From the NCBI GenBank assembly GCA_041744215.1, contig JBGTLG010000025.1, positions 32,001 to 96,000 of the forward strand: a stretch of DNA of 64,000 nucleotides. Reading direction: 5' to 3'. Within the stretch, counting starts at the first letter, position 1. Each line of letters starts with the position of its first letter. This document shows, one piece after another, positions 38,323 through 48,586 of the stretch. The stretch is from Fimbriimonadales bacterium (lineage in GTDB: Bacteria > Armatimonadota > Fimbriimonadia > Fimbriimonadales > ATM1). The position numbers and the translations under genes are program-made. The notes below the pieces were generated by a model. That model saw nothing but the letters and a program-made list of their open reading frames with translations, had not been told where the DNA came from and ran no database searches.

Positions 38323-38763
38323 TTACCCTGAGGATCCTCTCGGCATCACTGGCTCCGTTCCCCAACCGTCGTAGCGACCGTTATGTCGGCCAGTGATCCT
38401 CTGAAAAGTCGCCCTCGCGCTGCCGATTGCTTCTGGAGTGGGCTTAATCGTCTTCCTGGCGGATAGCTGGTATAGGCGGCGGCGCGGTCGCAGAGGGTCG
38501 CCGTACTGGATCATAGTCACGAGAAAGTCCTCATCTTCGAGCTTGGCCCGCGAGAGCCTCACTTCAGCCTCCAATTGGAAGACTGCCACGAATTCGATTC
38601 CGTGGATAGCCTCCATGTCGGCTCCCGTGGCTCGCAGTGCTTCGAGAATCTGGAGATCTTCGGTCGTCGGCTCCTCTGAGACAGCGGGAGTGCAACCGAC
38701 GAGTAGCTTCAGGATAAGGAAAGTCGGAATCAACTGAATCGTGCGCACCACTTGAGTAATCAC
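38323..38763 (-). CDS. RraB/DUF695-like domain protein with lipoprotein-like N-terminus
   Basis: L.ALRATGADMEAIHGIEF..F....HNGRYDGWG; LVGC lipobox; start set at the GTG downstream of tRNA-Phe. Confidence 0.6.
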   Translation of the reverse strand: MITQVVRTIQLIPTFLILKLLVGCTPAVSEEPTTEDLQILEALRATGADMEAIHGIEFVAVFQLEAEVRLSRAKLEDEDFLVTMIQYGDPLRPRRRLYQLSARKTIKPTPEAIGSARATFQRITGRHNGRYDGWGTEPVMPRGSSG

Positions 38764-38778
38764 CCCTCTCGGTGAAGG

Positions 38779-38854
38779 TGGTGCCGCAGGCCGGAATCGA
38801 ACCGGCGACACATGGATTTTCAGTCCATTGCTCTACCAACTGAGCTACCGCGGC
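38779..38854 (-). tRNA. tRNA-Phe (GAA)
   Basis: GCCGCGGTAGCTCAGTTGGTAGAGCAATGGACTGAAAATCCATGTGTCGCCGGTTCGATTCCGGCCTGCGGCACCA; cloverleaf with encoded CCA. Confidence 0.97.
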
Positions 38855-38875
38855 ACGCCTGCACGCCAGACAAAA

Positions 38876-38952
<77 letters not shown>

Positions 38953-38978
38953 GCATTCGCCCTTGCGGGCAGGGCGCG

Positions 38979-39008
38979 ATTATAGCCCAGGGGCGGACAA
39001 TGCCGCAA
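38979..39008 (-). promoter_or_regulatory. tRNA operon promoter with GC-rich discriminator
   Basis: TTGCGG-N18-TATAAT-CGCGCCC. Confidence 0.75.
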
Positions 39009-39081
39009 CCAACTTAGGCGCTGAATCGACCCCGCGGGCGAGGTGAAGGAGATCAACAAGGCGGCGTAGAATCTTCTCGCA

Positions 39082-41037
39082 GTGTCAGAAACCATCGAGG
39101 CCCTCCTCAACGAGGGACGAGTGTTCCCGCCATCCGAGGAGTTTGCGCGCAAGGCGAACATCAGTAACCCGAGCGTTTACGACGTCTCCGACGCCGATTA
39201 CGTGAGGTTCTGGGAAGACTGGGCGAACCGGCTCACTTGGTTCGAGAGATGGGAAACAGCGCTGGAATGGACCCCGCCATACGCTAAGTGGTTCCTGAAA
39301 GGGAGGCTCAACGCTTGCTTCAACTGCGTTGATCGGCACGCTACAGGTGACGTGGGCAATAGGACGGCCATCATCAGCGAAGGTGAGCCGGGCGACACTC
39401 GCGCCTTCACCTATGCGGAGACGCTGACCCAGGTTTCCAAGATCGCAAATGCGCTGAAAGAACTCGGCGTGCGGCGCGGGGACATCGTGTGCATCTACAT
39501 GCCGATGGTGGCCGAACTCGCCTTCGCGATGCTCGCTTGCGCGAGGATCGGCGCGGCGCACACAGTTGTTTTTGGTGGGTTCTCCGCAGAGGCGTTGCGT
39601 GAACGCATTGACGATGCGGCGGCCGTTTGTGTCATCACGGCAGACGGGGGCTGGAGGAGAGGGCGAGTTGTCGAATTGAAGAAAACCGTCGATGATGCGC
39701 TCTCGGGTCAAGCCACGGTCAAGAAGGTCCTGGTGTTGGAGCGAATTGGAGCGGGCGGAGAGTTTAATCGCGGGAAGTGGGTCGAGGGGAGGGACTGCTG
39801 GTGGCACGAGATTGTGCCGCGCCAGCCCGAAGCCTGCCAGTGCGAAGAAATGGACAGCGAAGACTTGCTGTTTACGCTGTATACGAGCGGCTCGACCGGA
39901 AAACCCAAGGGAATCGTTCACACGACCGGTGGATACCTCACCGGAACGAGCGCGACCTTCCATTGCATTTTCGATCATAAGCCGGACGACATTTTTTGGT
40001 GCACAGCTGATTGTGGTTGGATCACCGGACACTCCTATGTTGTGTACGGTCCGATGGCAAATGGCGCTACCGTCGTGATGTACGAAGGCTCACCCGACAC
40101 ACCCGACGAGGATCGATTCTGGGAGATCGTCGAGAAGCACCACGTGACCGTCTTATACACAGCGCCCACCGCGATTCGCACGTTCATGAAGTGGGGCGAG
40201 GAGTTTCCGGCCCGGCGCGACCTCTCTTCTTTGCGTTTGCTCGGTTCGGTAGGCGAGCCGATTAACCCGGAGGCTTGGGTTTGGTATTGGCAGTTCATCG
40301 GCAATGGCAGGTGCCCAATCGTCGACACTTGGTGGCAAACCGAAACGGGTCAGATTCTGATCACTCCGTTGCCTGGAATCACGCCATGCAAACCAGGCTC
40401 GGCGACGCACCCATTCCCCGGAATCCGTGCGGAGGTGTTTTCCGAGTCGGGAGAAAGGCTCGATGGAGCAAAGGGAGGCTACCTCGTGCTGACGCGCCCT
40501 TGGCCAGCTATGCTGCGGGGGCTGTACAAGGATCACGAGCGATTCGTTGAGACCTACTGGTCACGATTCCCGGGTGTCTACTTCACAGGCGACGGCGTAA
40601 AACGGGACGACGACGGCTACCTGTGGCTTCTCGGTAGAGTTGACGACGTCATGAATGTGGCAGGTCACCGAATCAGCACAATGGAGGTCGAGAGTGCTCT
40701 CGTCGATCACCCCGCCGTCGCCGAGGCGGCGGTCATCGGGCGCACCCATGATGTAAAGGGCCAGGCCATTAGCGCGTTCGTGCTTCTTAGAACCGGATTC
40801 TCTGGCGACCACCTCGCGTCCGAGATACGTGACCATGTCAGTCAGGTCATTGGTCCGATCGCCAGGCCGGACGATGTGTTCATCTGCGCGGATCTGCCGA
40901 AAACACGGAGCGGCAAAATCATGCGTCGGCTGCTCAGGGACGTTGCCGAGGGGCGCGCGCTTGGAGATACAACGACCCTGGCCGACCCAGCCGTCGTTGC
41001 CGGTTTGCGCGATCAATACGAACACTTGGAGTCCTAA
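39082..41037 (+). CDS. acs: Acetyl-CoA synthetase
   Basis: YTSGSTGKPKG, GEPINPEAW, DTWWQTETG, PKTRSGKIMRR. Confidence 0.97.
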   Translation: MSETIEALLNEGRVFPPSEEFARKANISNPSVYDVSDADYVRFWEDWANRLTWFERWETALEWTPPYAKWFLKGRLNACFNCVDRHATGDVGNRTAIISEGEPGDTRAFTYAETLTQVSKIANALKELGVRRGDIVCIYMPMVAELAFAMLACARIGAAHTVVFGGFSAEALRERIDDAAAVCVITADGGWRRGRVVELKKTVDDALSGQATVKKVLVLERIGAGGEFNRGKWVEGRDCWWHEIVPRQPEACQCEEMDSEDLLFTLYTSGSTGKPKGIVHTTGGYLTGTSATFHCIFDHKPDDIFWCTADCGWITGHSYVVYGPMANGATVVMYEGSPDTPDEDRFWEIVEKHHVTVLYTAPTAIRTFMKWGEEFPARRDLSSLRLLGSVGEPINPEAWVWYWQFIGNGRCPIVDTWWQTETGQILITPLPGITPCKPGSATHPFPGIRAEVFSESGERLDGAKGGYLVLTRPWPAMLRGLYKDHERFVETYWSRFPGVYFTGDGVKRDDDGYLWLLGRVDDVMNVAGHRISTMEVESALVDHPAVAEAAVIGRTHDVKGQAISAFVLLRTGFSGDHLASEIRDHVSQVIGPIARPDDVFICADLPKTRSGKIMRRLLRDVAEGRALGDTTTLADPAVVAGLRDQYEHLES

Positions 41038-41519
41038 TGCCAACCGCAATCTACGCCGGCAGTTTCGATCCACCGACACTTGGGCATCAAGAGCTGATTC
41101 GCCGTGCCGCTGGTTTGTTTTCTCAGGTTGTAGTCGCGGTGGGTGTCAACTCGGAAAAGCAGTCGCTGTTCTCTCCAAAGGAACGAGTCGAGATGCTCAG
41201 CGAGATTACAAGCCAGCTAGACAACGTGGAAGTGACGCAGTTTGATGGACTCCTGGTCGAGTTCGCCCGGGCGAAGGGTGCGAGGATTCTTCTTCGCGGC
41301 CTCCGAGCAGTAAGCGACTTCGAGCACGAGTTTCAGATGTCGCTGACGAACCGCACCCTTGCGCCCGAAATCGAGACGGCCTTTCTAATGGCGACGGCGG
41401 AGCACATGTTCGTCTCGTCTAACATTGTTAAGGAAGTCGCCCGATACGGCGGGGATGTTTCGAAACTAGTTCCTCCGTTGGTTGTAGCGCGACTCAAACA
41501 AAAGCATCGGAACGGATAG
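41037..41519 (+). CDS. coaD: Pantetheine-phosphate adenylyltransferase
   Basis: YAGSFDPPTLGH, RGLRAVSDFEHE, SSNIVKEVA. Confidence 0.97.
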   Translation: MPTAIYAGSFDPPTLGHQELIRRAAGLFSQVVVAVGVNSEKQSLFSPKERVEMLSEITSQLDNVEVTQFDGLLVEFARAKGARILLRGLRAVSDFEHEFQMSLTNRTLAPEIETAFLMATAEHMFVSSNIVKEVARYGGDVSKLVPPLVVARLKQKHRNG

Positions 41520-41524
41520 AAAGC

Positions 41525-42061
41525 ATGGAAGTCAACAAAGCCTTAGAAGAGTTGCGGGAGCACATTGAGAAGCCCCGCCAGTTCCTTGGAATCACCTTTG
41601 GGCTCAACAAAGAGGAGTGCATCCTGCTCCTTCGGAAGATTCACGCTGGCTTGCCGGAGGCAATCAAGCTGGCGGAGAAGATCACCCAGGAATCGGACAG
41701 AATTGTGGGCTCCGCAAAGGAAGACGCTACTCTGACGCTTGAAAGGGCGAAGTCCGAGAGCCAACGACTGTTGGACGCCAGCGAGAAGGAGGCCGGACGC
41801 ACCCTGGAGCAAGCCAGGCTTGAGCGTGAGCGCTTAGTGTCTGAGAATGAGATTCTGAAGACCGCCAAGGCCGAAGCTGCAAGGATTCAGGCCGAGGTCG
41901 AAGCCGAGTCGGCCCGCCTGAGAAGGAGCGCAGATGAGTACGCGCTGGATCTCCTCAACAGGGTAGAAGGGGTGGTAAGCAAGGCTCTCACCAGCGTAGA
42001 GCGTGGCAAACAGGAAGTCCTTCGGACGACGCAGGCACCAAAGTCTCCAGCCCCGAAATAG
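41525..42061 (+). CDS. Coiled-coil protein (DivIVA/ATP synthase b-like, typical coaD neighbour)
   Basis: Long Ala/Glu heptad region, ADEYA motif, position between coaD and yceD. Confidence 0.7.
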   Translation: MEVNKALEELREHIEKPRQFLGITFGLNKEECILLLRKIHAGLPEAIKLAEKITQESDRIVGSAKEDATLTLERAKSESQRLLDASEKEAGRTLEQARLERERLVSENEILKTAKAEAARIQAEVEAESARLRRSADEYALDLLNRVEGVVSKALTSVERGKQEVLRTTQAPKSPAPK

Positions 42062-42106
42062 GCAAATCGGTCTGGTAGACTTAGCCCTGCTTTCAGTCCA
42101 ACAGGC

Positions 42107-42625
42107 ATGAAAAAGCCCCCGGTCATCGACCTCAACGATGCAGTCCAGCATCCAGGCAAGCACCTTGACTTCGAGTTGTCTACGATCCTTGAAGAAGAGG
42201 AGGACCTAGATCTGCTCGAGCCCGTAACGGGAAGGCTTGACGCCGTCAGCACCGGCAACCTGTTGCTGATTACAGGGGAGTTTAAAACAAGCGCCGTTGT
42301 TGAATGCTCCAGGTGCCTTGCACCCGTCCAATCCGACATCGCCTTTCACGTCGACGAGCAGTTTCCGGTCGAAGGCGTCCCGTCATCCGGAGGAGGCAAC
42401 ACCTTTGCGCATGTCGAGGCTGAGGAACCGTACCCGCTGTTTCATGGCAACAATCTGCTCTACGAAGAGTTGTTGAGACAGAACCTGCTCCTCGCCCTCC
42501 CTCAACAGGTGTTGTGCAGCGAAGATTGCCCCGGCATCCCCAAAGCCGATGGAGATGAAGTTCACGGCCATCCCGCCTTCGAAAAGTTGCGCCAAATCTC
42601 CTCGCAAGGAGAAAAGACTTCGTGA
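42107..42625 (+). CDS. yceD: YceD/DUF177 family protein
   Basis: ECSRCL, LLLALPQQVLCSEDCPG, HPAFEKL. Confidence 0.88.
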   Translation: MKKPPVIDLNDAVQHPGKHLDFELSTILEEEEDLDLLEPVTGRLDAVSTGNLLLITGEFKTSAVVECSRCLAPVQSDIAFHVDEQFPVEGVPSSGGGNTFAHVEAEEPYPLFHGNNLLYEELLRQNLLLALPQQVLCSEDCPGIPKADGDEVHGHPAFEKLRQISSQGEKTS

Positions 42626-43632
42626 GGATCGCGCTGGATGCAATGGGGGGCGACCATGCACCAGGAGAGATTCTCGCTGGCGCCATCGCGGCTTCCGATC
42701 AGATCGACGGTGAGATCATTCTGGTGGGCGATACCGAGGCGATCCGCAAGTCGCACCAAGGCAAGCTTCCCGCCAACATTCGCGTGTTGCATGCGTCACA
42801 GACGATCGACATGCACGAAGCGCCGGTCGAAGCATTGCGACGAAAGAAAGACTCTTCGCTCGTTGTCGCCGCAAGTTTGGTGCGCGAACGAGAAGCGGAC
42901 GCGATGATCTCGGCAGGAAACACCGGGGCTGCGACCGCGGCCGCTACGATGTTCTGGAAGTGCTTGCCAGGGATTTCGCGTCCTGCGATCGCTACGGTCT
43001 TCCCATCCAAAACCGGACGCTTCGTCTTTCTTGACAGCGGTGCAACGGTTGATGCCGGCGCGCAAAATCTCCTCGAGTTTGCAATCATGGGCGCCGCATA
43101 TGCACAGACGGTGTTGGGGATTCCGAATCCCCGGATAGGATTATTGAACATCGGTGAAGAAGAGTCAAAAGGCAACGCGCTGACGAAACAATCCTATGCG
43201 CTCTTTAAGGGGCAATTGCCAAACTTTCTTGGCAACGTCGAAGGAAAAGACATGTGGAAAGGCGCGGCAGATGTTGTCGTCTGCGAGGCGTTTGTAGGAA
43301 ACGTTGTGCTGAAGTCATCGGAGGGGCTTGGAGAACTGATTTTTGATTCTATCAAGGACGAACTTTCTGCCAACACCATCAGCAAGATCGCTGCATTTCT
43401 CTTTTTGCGTGCGCCCTTTCGAGAGATAAAGAAAAAAACGGATTACGATGAATACGGCGGCGCGCCATTGCTTGGCGTGAACGGTTTATGCGTTATATGC
43501 CATGGCCGCAGCAATGCCAAGGCAATTCGCAATGCGATACTTGTTGTGAAACGAGAGTACCAAGAACGGATTAATGAGCTAATAGAACGACGAGCCGACG
43601 CGGCGCATGGAGGCGAAGGCGATGTCGCGTAA
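42622..43632 (+). CDS. plsX: Phosphate acyltransferase PlsX
   Basis: IALDAMGGDHAP, SAGNTGA, LLNIGEEESKG, GGAPLLG, HGRS. Confidence 0.97.
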   Translation: MRIALDAMGGDHAPGEILAGAIAASDQIDGEIILVGDTEAIRKSHQGKLPANIRVLHASQTIDMHEAPVEALRRKKDSSLVVAASLVREREADAMISAGNTGAATAAATMFWKCLPGISRPAIATVFPSKTGRFVFLDSGATVDAGAQNLLEFAIMGAAYAQTVLGIPNPRIGLLNIGEEESKGNALTKQSYALFKGQLPNFLGNVEGKDMWKGAADVVVCEAFVGNVVLKSSEGLGELIFDSIKDELSANTISKIAAFLFLRAPFREIKKKTDYDEYGGAPLLGVNGLCVICHGRSNAKAIRNAILVVKREYQERINELIERRADAAHGGEGDVA

Positions 43633-44608
43633 GGCCGTTGTAGAAGGGATTGGGATGGCTGTCGCAGATCGCGTGATGGTCAACAGCGAGTTTGAAAAGT
43701 ACGTCGACACAACCGACGAGTGGATTCGATCGCGCACTGGGATCGTCGAGCGACGAATATCTCAGCCGGATGAACCGTGCAGCTACTTCGCGACGCGCGC
43801 AGCAAAGCAAGCGGTCGAGAACGCAGGCGTTTCTCCAGACGCCATTGACATGATCATCGTAGCAAGCGTGACAGGGGACTACATATTCCCAGCAACCGCA
43901 TCGCTGGTGCAAGAAAGCATCGGTGCAACGCGAGCAGGAGCATTCGATGTCGGTGCAGCTTGCGCAGGCTTCATCTATGCAACTCAAGTCGCGGCATCGA
44001 TGATTGAGAGCGGCGCGATTGACAACGTGCTTGTGGTCGGTGTTGATGTTCTGACGAAATTCATGGACTGGAGCGACAGATCCACATGCATTCTGTTTGG
44101 CGATGGCGGTGGAGCGCTGTTTCTTCGAGCAGAAACAAACTCGGATCGGGGCGTGATCGCTACCGTCATGCGATCTGATGGAGCCGGAGCAAAGCACATA
44201 GACATCAAAGTAGGTGGCTCGCATGCACCAGCTTCATCCCCGAAAGCCGCGACAGAGTCGGCGCGTATCTACATGGAGGGTCGAGAAGTGTATCGATTCG
44301 CCGTGAAGGCGATGGGGGACAGTTGTTGCTCCGTGCTTGAGAAGGCAGGACTGACAGCTGATGATGTCGACCTTTTTGTCCCTCATCAAGCAAATCTCCG
44401 CATTATCCAAGCGGCGTCTGACAGATTGGGACTTCCTCCGGACAAGGTTTTTGTAAATGTGCAGAAGTATGGAAACATGAGCGCTGGCAGCATTCCTGTG
44501 GCTCTATATGAAGCCCAAGAGTCAGGAAAGCTGAAACGTGGCGACCTCGTATTGACAGTTGGATTCGGCGCAGGATTGGTCTGGGGAGCGAATCTGATTC
44601 GCTGGTAA
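43622..44608 (+). CDS. fabH: Beta-ketoacyl-ACP synthase III
   Basis: AACAGF, FGDG, PHQANLRII, GNMSAGSIP; GGAGG RBS before ATG 43622. Confidence 0.96.
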   Translation: MSRKAVVEGIGMAVADRVMVNSEFEKYVDTTDEWIRSRTGIVERRISQPDEPCSYFATRAAKQAVENAGVSPDAIDMIIVASVTGDYIFPATASLVQESIGATRAGAFDVGAACAGFIYATQVAASMIESGAIDNVLVVGVDVLTKFMDWSDRSTCILFGDGGGALFLRAETNSDRGVIATVMRSDGAGAKHIDIKVGGSHAPASSPKAATESARIYMEGREVYRFAVKAMGDSCCSVLEKAGLTADDVDLFVPHQANLRIIQAASDRLGLPPDKVFVNVQKYGNMSAGSIPVALYEAQESGKLKRGDLVLTVGFGAGLVWGANLIRW

Positions 44609-44612
44609 TTCC

Positions 44613-45665
44613 ATGTACACGCTACAGAGATATCGAAAGGTTGCCTTCGGTATTGCGTGCGGACTCCTCGCAGTTGCAAGTTTCTACGTCCTATTGCCAT
44701 TTTGGCAAGCGGTTGCCTGGGGCGCCGCGCTATCGATTATCGCTTATCCGGTCCGGGCGCGACTCGCAAAGCGCATGAGCGACACATGGGCAGCCGCCGT
44801 TACGACGCTGCTAACGCTGCTGTTCATCGTTGGGCCAGTGGTTCTTGTTATGTTTGCGGGGTGGGTTGAGGTCAAGCATGCTCTCGAACACTTGCGAGAC
44901 ATTAGCGCGCATGGATCGGCACAAGAAGGAGCAGCGCAGACGCTTGATGAAATCAACAGTGCTGTTCAGGTCCCTTTGCAGCGTTTTGGCATTACTGAAT
45001 TCAATCTTCGCGAGAGCATTCAAGATATGGTGGATCCAGCCATAAAATCCGCTCCCGCACTTCTCGGGAGAATTGTCAAGAACGCCCTGATCTTTATCTT
45101 CTCCCTTCTGCTATTGTTCTTCATTCTTCGCGATGGACACAAGTTGCAAAAGCCGGCGGCTGACCTGATTCCACTTCCTGAAGCTCAATCCCAGAAGGTT
45201 TTGGATTCGGTTTACGACACGGTTCACGCAACCTTTTATGGCATCGTGCTGATCGCCATACTGAATGGCATATTGATCGGCTTGCTCTTCTTCCTGCTTG
45301 GGCTGCCATCTCCGATACTCTGGGGAATCATTGCCGTCGTAATCTCGATCATGCCCCTTGTCGGCGCGCCCACACTCTATGGGCCTTGGGCCATCTATCT
45401 TGCGATGCAAGGAGAGTGGGCAAAGGCAGTGGTGCTTACGCTCGTTGGGTTCATTGTCATCACTATAATCATAGATAAAGTCTATCGATCCCGCTTGATC
45501 GGTGGTCGCAGCAATCTGCATGAGGTCGTCGTACTCTTCAGCATGGTCGGAGGGGTGCTCGCACTCGGAGCTGTTGGCACATTTCTGGGACCAGTCATTG
45601 TCATCGTCGCGCTCGGGGCCGTCGAGGTCGTGCGCGAAATGGCAGTTGTCGAGGAAACAGCGTAG
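44613..45665 (+). CDS. AI-2E family transporter (paralog 1)
   Basis: FFILRDG, MPLVG, GG..LG..G.FLGP pattern. Confidence 0.88.
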   Translation: MYTLQRYRKVAFGIACGLLAVASFYVLLPFWQAVAWGAALSIIAYPVRARLAKRMSDTWAAAVTTLLTLLFIVGPVVLVMFAGWVEVKHALEHLRDISAHGSAQEGAAQTLDEINSAVQVPLQRFGITEFNLRESIQDMVDPAIKSAPALLGRIVKNALIFIFSLLLLFFILRDGHKLQKPAADLIPLPEAQSQKVLDSVYDTVHATFYGIVLIAILNGILIGLLFFLLGLPSPILWGIIAVVISIMPLVGAPTLYGPWAIYLAMQGEWAKAVVLTLVGFIVITIIIDKVYRSRLIGGRSNLHEVVVLFSMVGGVLALGAVGTFLGPVIVIVALGAVEVVREMAVVEETA

Positions 45666-46727
45666 TTGTACACGCTCGATCGATACCGTAAAATCGTTTT
45701 TGGCGTTCTGTGCGCAATCGTAGGTATTGCGTGCTTCTATTTGGCGCTGCCGTTGTGGTCTGCTTTCGCCTGGGGGACTGTGCTCGCGATTCTTGTGTTT
45801 CCGATTCACCTTCGATTTCGCGACCGATTTGGTCACACGATCGGAGCGGCGCTGACAACGCTCACCACCCTTCTCTTCATCCTGGTACCTATCGGTCTGG
45901 TCGCGATCGCGCTCATTGCCCAGACACGAGATGTCGCGGCACAGCTGCAGAACTCGACTACTGATGATCGCCCGCTAACAATCCAGAGTTTGGTCACAGA
46001 CGCTGAGGCATTGCTGGAGCCAGCGCTTGCACGCCTTGGTGTCGGCGACTTCGACCTCCATTCGCTGTTGGAAGAAGCTCTTGACTCGTTCTCCAAGGGT
46101 GTCCCAGCCGCGCTCAAAGCTGGAATTGTTGGCCTGCTTAACTTTATCTTCTCCCTCCTGCTTCTGTTCTTTTTGCTGCGGGATGGGCATAAGTTGAAAG
46201 AACCGGTGATTGAATTGATGCCGGTCACAGATGAGAAGGCGCGCTCCATTCTTAAGGTGGTTTATGACACCGTGCATGCAACGTTTTTCAGCACAGTTGT
46301 CGTTGCTCTGATTCAGGGAACGCTGTTGGGCATTGCATTCTGGGTGCTGGGGTTGCCAGCGCCTTTGCTTTGGGGAGTCGCTGGGGCGATCTTGTCGATG
46401 ATTCCCTTCATGGGGACGCCGATATTGTGGGTTCCGGCTTGCATCCTTCTTGCCTCCAGAGGGCAGTGGATCGAGGCGATTGGGCTTATGCTGTTCGGCG
46501 CGTTCGTGATCGGTTTGGTCGATAACGTGCTGAAGCCGGTCATCATCGGCGCGCGGGTTAAGCTTCATACAATCGCTGTTTTCTTCGCGATCGTCGGCGG
46601 CATCGTCACGCTCGGGCCTGTTGGCGTGTTAGTTGGACCCGTATTGCTGAGCGTCGCCTTAGGCGTGATTGAGATTCTGCGCGAGATGGCGGTTCAAGAT
46701 CAGCCGGACGCTGCGCCTCCCGCCTAA
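45666..46727 (+). CDS. AI-2E family transporter (paralog 2)
   Basis: FFLLRDG, IPFMG, VDNVLKP, GPVGVLVGP; TTG start directly after the paralog 1 stop. Confidence 0.88.
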   Translation: MYTLDRYRKIVFGVLCAIVGIACFYLALPLWSAFAWGTVLAILVFPIHLRFRDRFGHTIGAALTTLTTLLFILVPIGLVAIALIAQTRDVAAQLQNSTTDDRPLTIQSLVTDAEALLEPALARLGVGDFDLHSLLEEALDSFSKGVPAALKAGIVGLLNFIFSLLLLFFLLRDGHKLKEPVIELMPVTDEKARSILKVVYDTVHATFFSTVVVALIQGTLLGIAFWVLGLPAPLLWGVAGAILSMIPFMGTPILWVPACILLASRGQWIEAIGLMLFGAFVIGLVDNVLKPVIIGARVKLHTIAVFFAIVGGIVTLGPVGVLVGPVLLSVALGVIEILREMAVQDQPDAAPPA

Positions 46728-48370
46728 ACTTCGATGACCGAAGCGATTACCAGCGGGCGTTTATTCATGGACTTCTTGATGAACTTCCGAGCAACGTCGC
46801 TGATCTCATGATGGAGCGCAGAGGTATCGCGCAGTTCCGCATGGGTAAGTTTATCAAGCATCGTAGCAACGACATCTCGAAGCGAATCAAACTCGCCGTT
46901 GGGTGAGACCATGCCGCGTGCGATAACATCCGGCTTCCCGACGATCTTTCCAGCATCAGGGTCAACAGCTACATGGACGAACAGCACACCGTCGCTCGCA
47001 AGGTTTCCGCGGTCTCTTAACGTTTCGTCTGTGACCCCTGCATATCCGCTTGTATCGACGAGGACACGGCCGCAAGTCACGTTTTCCGCAAAGAACGCTC
47101 CGTCCTTTTCGATGACGAGCCGGTTGCCGTTCTCCATCACAACGATGTTCTCTTCCGAGTAGCCCATCTCTTCTGCGAGCTTCACATAGTGATACTGATG
47201 CCTGGGTTCACCGTGGACTGGCGCAATGTACTGAGGACGAGTGAGGTTGATCATCATCTTCAGCTCTTCGCGGTTTCCGTGACCGCTAACGTGAACGCCT
47301 TCCTCCGGACCGTAAACGACGACAGCACCCTGCCTGAAAAGCCGATTGACCGTTTGCCAAATCGCCGCTTCATTGCCGGGAATCGGCTTGGCTGCGTAGA
47401 TGACTGTGTCGCCTGGTACGATCTGCAAGCGCGAATACTCTTCTCGAGCCATTCGGCTCAGAGCAGCAAGCGGTTCGCCTTGTGTTCCCGTCGTCAGAAT
47501 CACCAATTCTTCGGGAGCGTAATCCGAAATCTCTTCGAGGCGAACCATCACGTCTTTGGGGAGCTTGAGCTTGTCGACGTTTTGCGCGATCTTGACGTTG
47601 CTTTCCATGCTGCGCCCAGCAAGGGCGACTTTGCGGCCGAACTCTTGCGCAACCTCAAATGCTTGACGCACGCGATGCAGATTGCTCGAAAACATCGTCA
47701 TCAGCACGCGACCGGGCGCGTTTCCGATGACGCGGCGAAATCCTTCGTAGACGCTTTTTTCGCTCGGGCACCAGCCCTCGCTCTCGACGTTCGTACAATC
47801 GCTGAGCAACATGAGGACGCCCTGATCGCCGAGTTCGCCGAACCGGGAGAGTTGCGTCAGTTGGCCGTCGATGGGAGTGAAGTCAAATTTGAAGTCGCCC
47901 GTGAAGAGGACCACACCCATATCGGTGTGGAGAGCGATCGAGCAGGCATCGGGGATGCTGTGAGTTACGTGGATCGGCTCCACTTTGAATTCTGCTACAT
48001 CGAACACATCGCCTGGCCGCATCACTCTCAACTCGTATTCGTGAGGGAGCAACTTTTCGGTTAGCTTGCGCTTCGCCATCGCGATGGTGAGCTCCGTCCC
48101 GAATACAGGTGCGCTGATTTCTGGCAAGACGTAGGACAGCGCGCCTACGTGGTCTTCATGACCGTGTGTGAGGACGATGCCTCGTACTTTGTCGCGGTTC
48201 TGCTTTAGAAACTCGAAGTCGGGGATGACGACGTCGACTCCATGCATCTCCTCAGACGGAAAACTAAGCCCGGCGTCGACAACGAGAATGCCTTCACCGA
48301 TTCGCACGGCGGTCATGTTCTTCCCTATCTCCCCGCAACCGCCGAGCGGGATAATTTCGATTCGACTCAC
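46724..48370 (-). CDS. rnj: Ribonuclease J
   Basis: PLGGCGEIGKNM, THGHEDHVG, HSIPD, TGTQGEP, HVSGH, PVHGE. Confidence 0.96.
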   Translation of the reverse strand: MSRIEIIPLGGCGEIGKNMTAVRIGEGILVVDAGLSFPSEEMHGVDVVIPDFEFLKQNRDKVRGIVLTHGHEDHVGALSYVLPEISAPVFGTELTIAMAKRKLTEKLLPHEYELRVMRPGDVFDVAEFKVEPIHVTHSIPDACSIALHTDMGVVLFTGDFKFDFTPIDGQLTQLSRFGELGDQGVLMLLSDCTNVESEGWCPSEKSVYEGFRRVIGNAPGRVLMTMFSSNLHRVRQAFEVAQEFGRKVALAGRSMESNVKIAQNVDKLKLPKDVMVRLEEISDYAPEELVILTTGTQGEPLAALSRMAREEYSRLQIVPGDTVIYAAKPIPGNEAAIWQTVNRLFRQGAVVVYGPEEGVHVSGHGNREELKMMINLTRPQYIAPVHGEPRHQYHYVKLAEEMGYSEENIVVMENGNRLVIEKDGAFFAENVTCGRVLVDTSGYAGVTDETLRDRGNLASDGVLFVHVAVDPDAGKIVGKPDVIARGMVSPNGEFDSLRDVVATMLDKLTHAELRDTSALHHEISDVARKFIKKSMNKRPLVIASVIEV

Positions 48371-48391
48371 GGCCTCATTCTACTATGGGGA

Positions 48392-48586
48392 GCCTTGCCT
48401 TCGCTTACTGGCTATCGCTGAGGACTTGGAAGACCAGTCAGAATAACGATTCCATGGTTGACGGGTAGGTGGGGAGGTTGTCGAAGGCTCACGAAACTCA
48501 TCGAACTCATCGCCTTGTTTAATTGTTAACGCGGGGCTTCTAAGTTCAAGACTGCTTCTGCGGCTGCCTTTCGGCACAAGGCAGGC
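48392..48586 (+). ncRNA. Candidate ~195-nt rod-shaped RNA, possibly 6S RNA
   Basis: Five nested helices folded by hand, with G-U pairs favouring the + strand; TACTAT -10 box at 48381-48386 just upstream. Confidence 0.45.
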
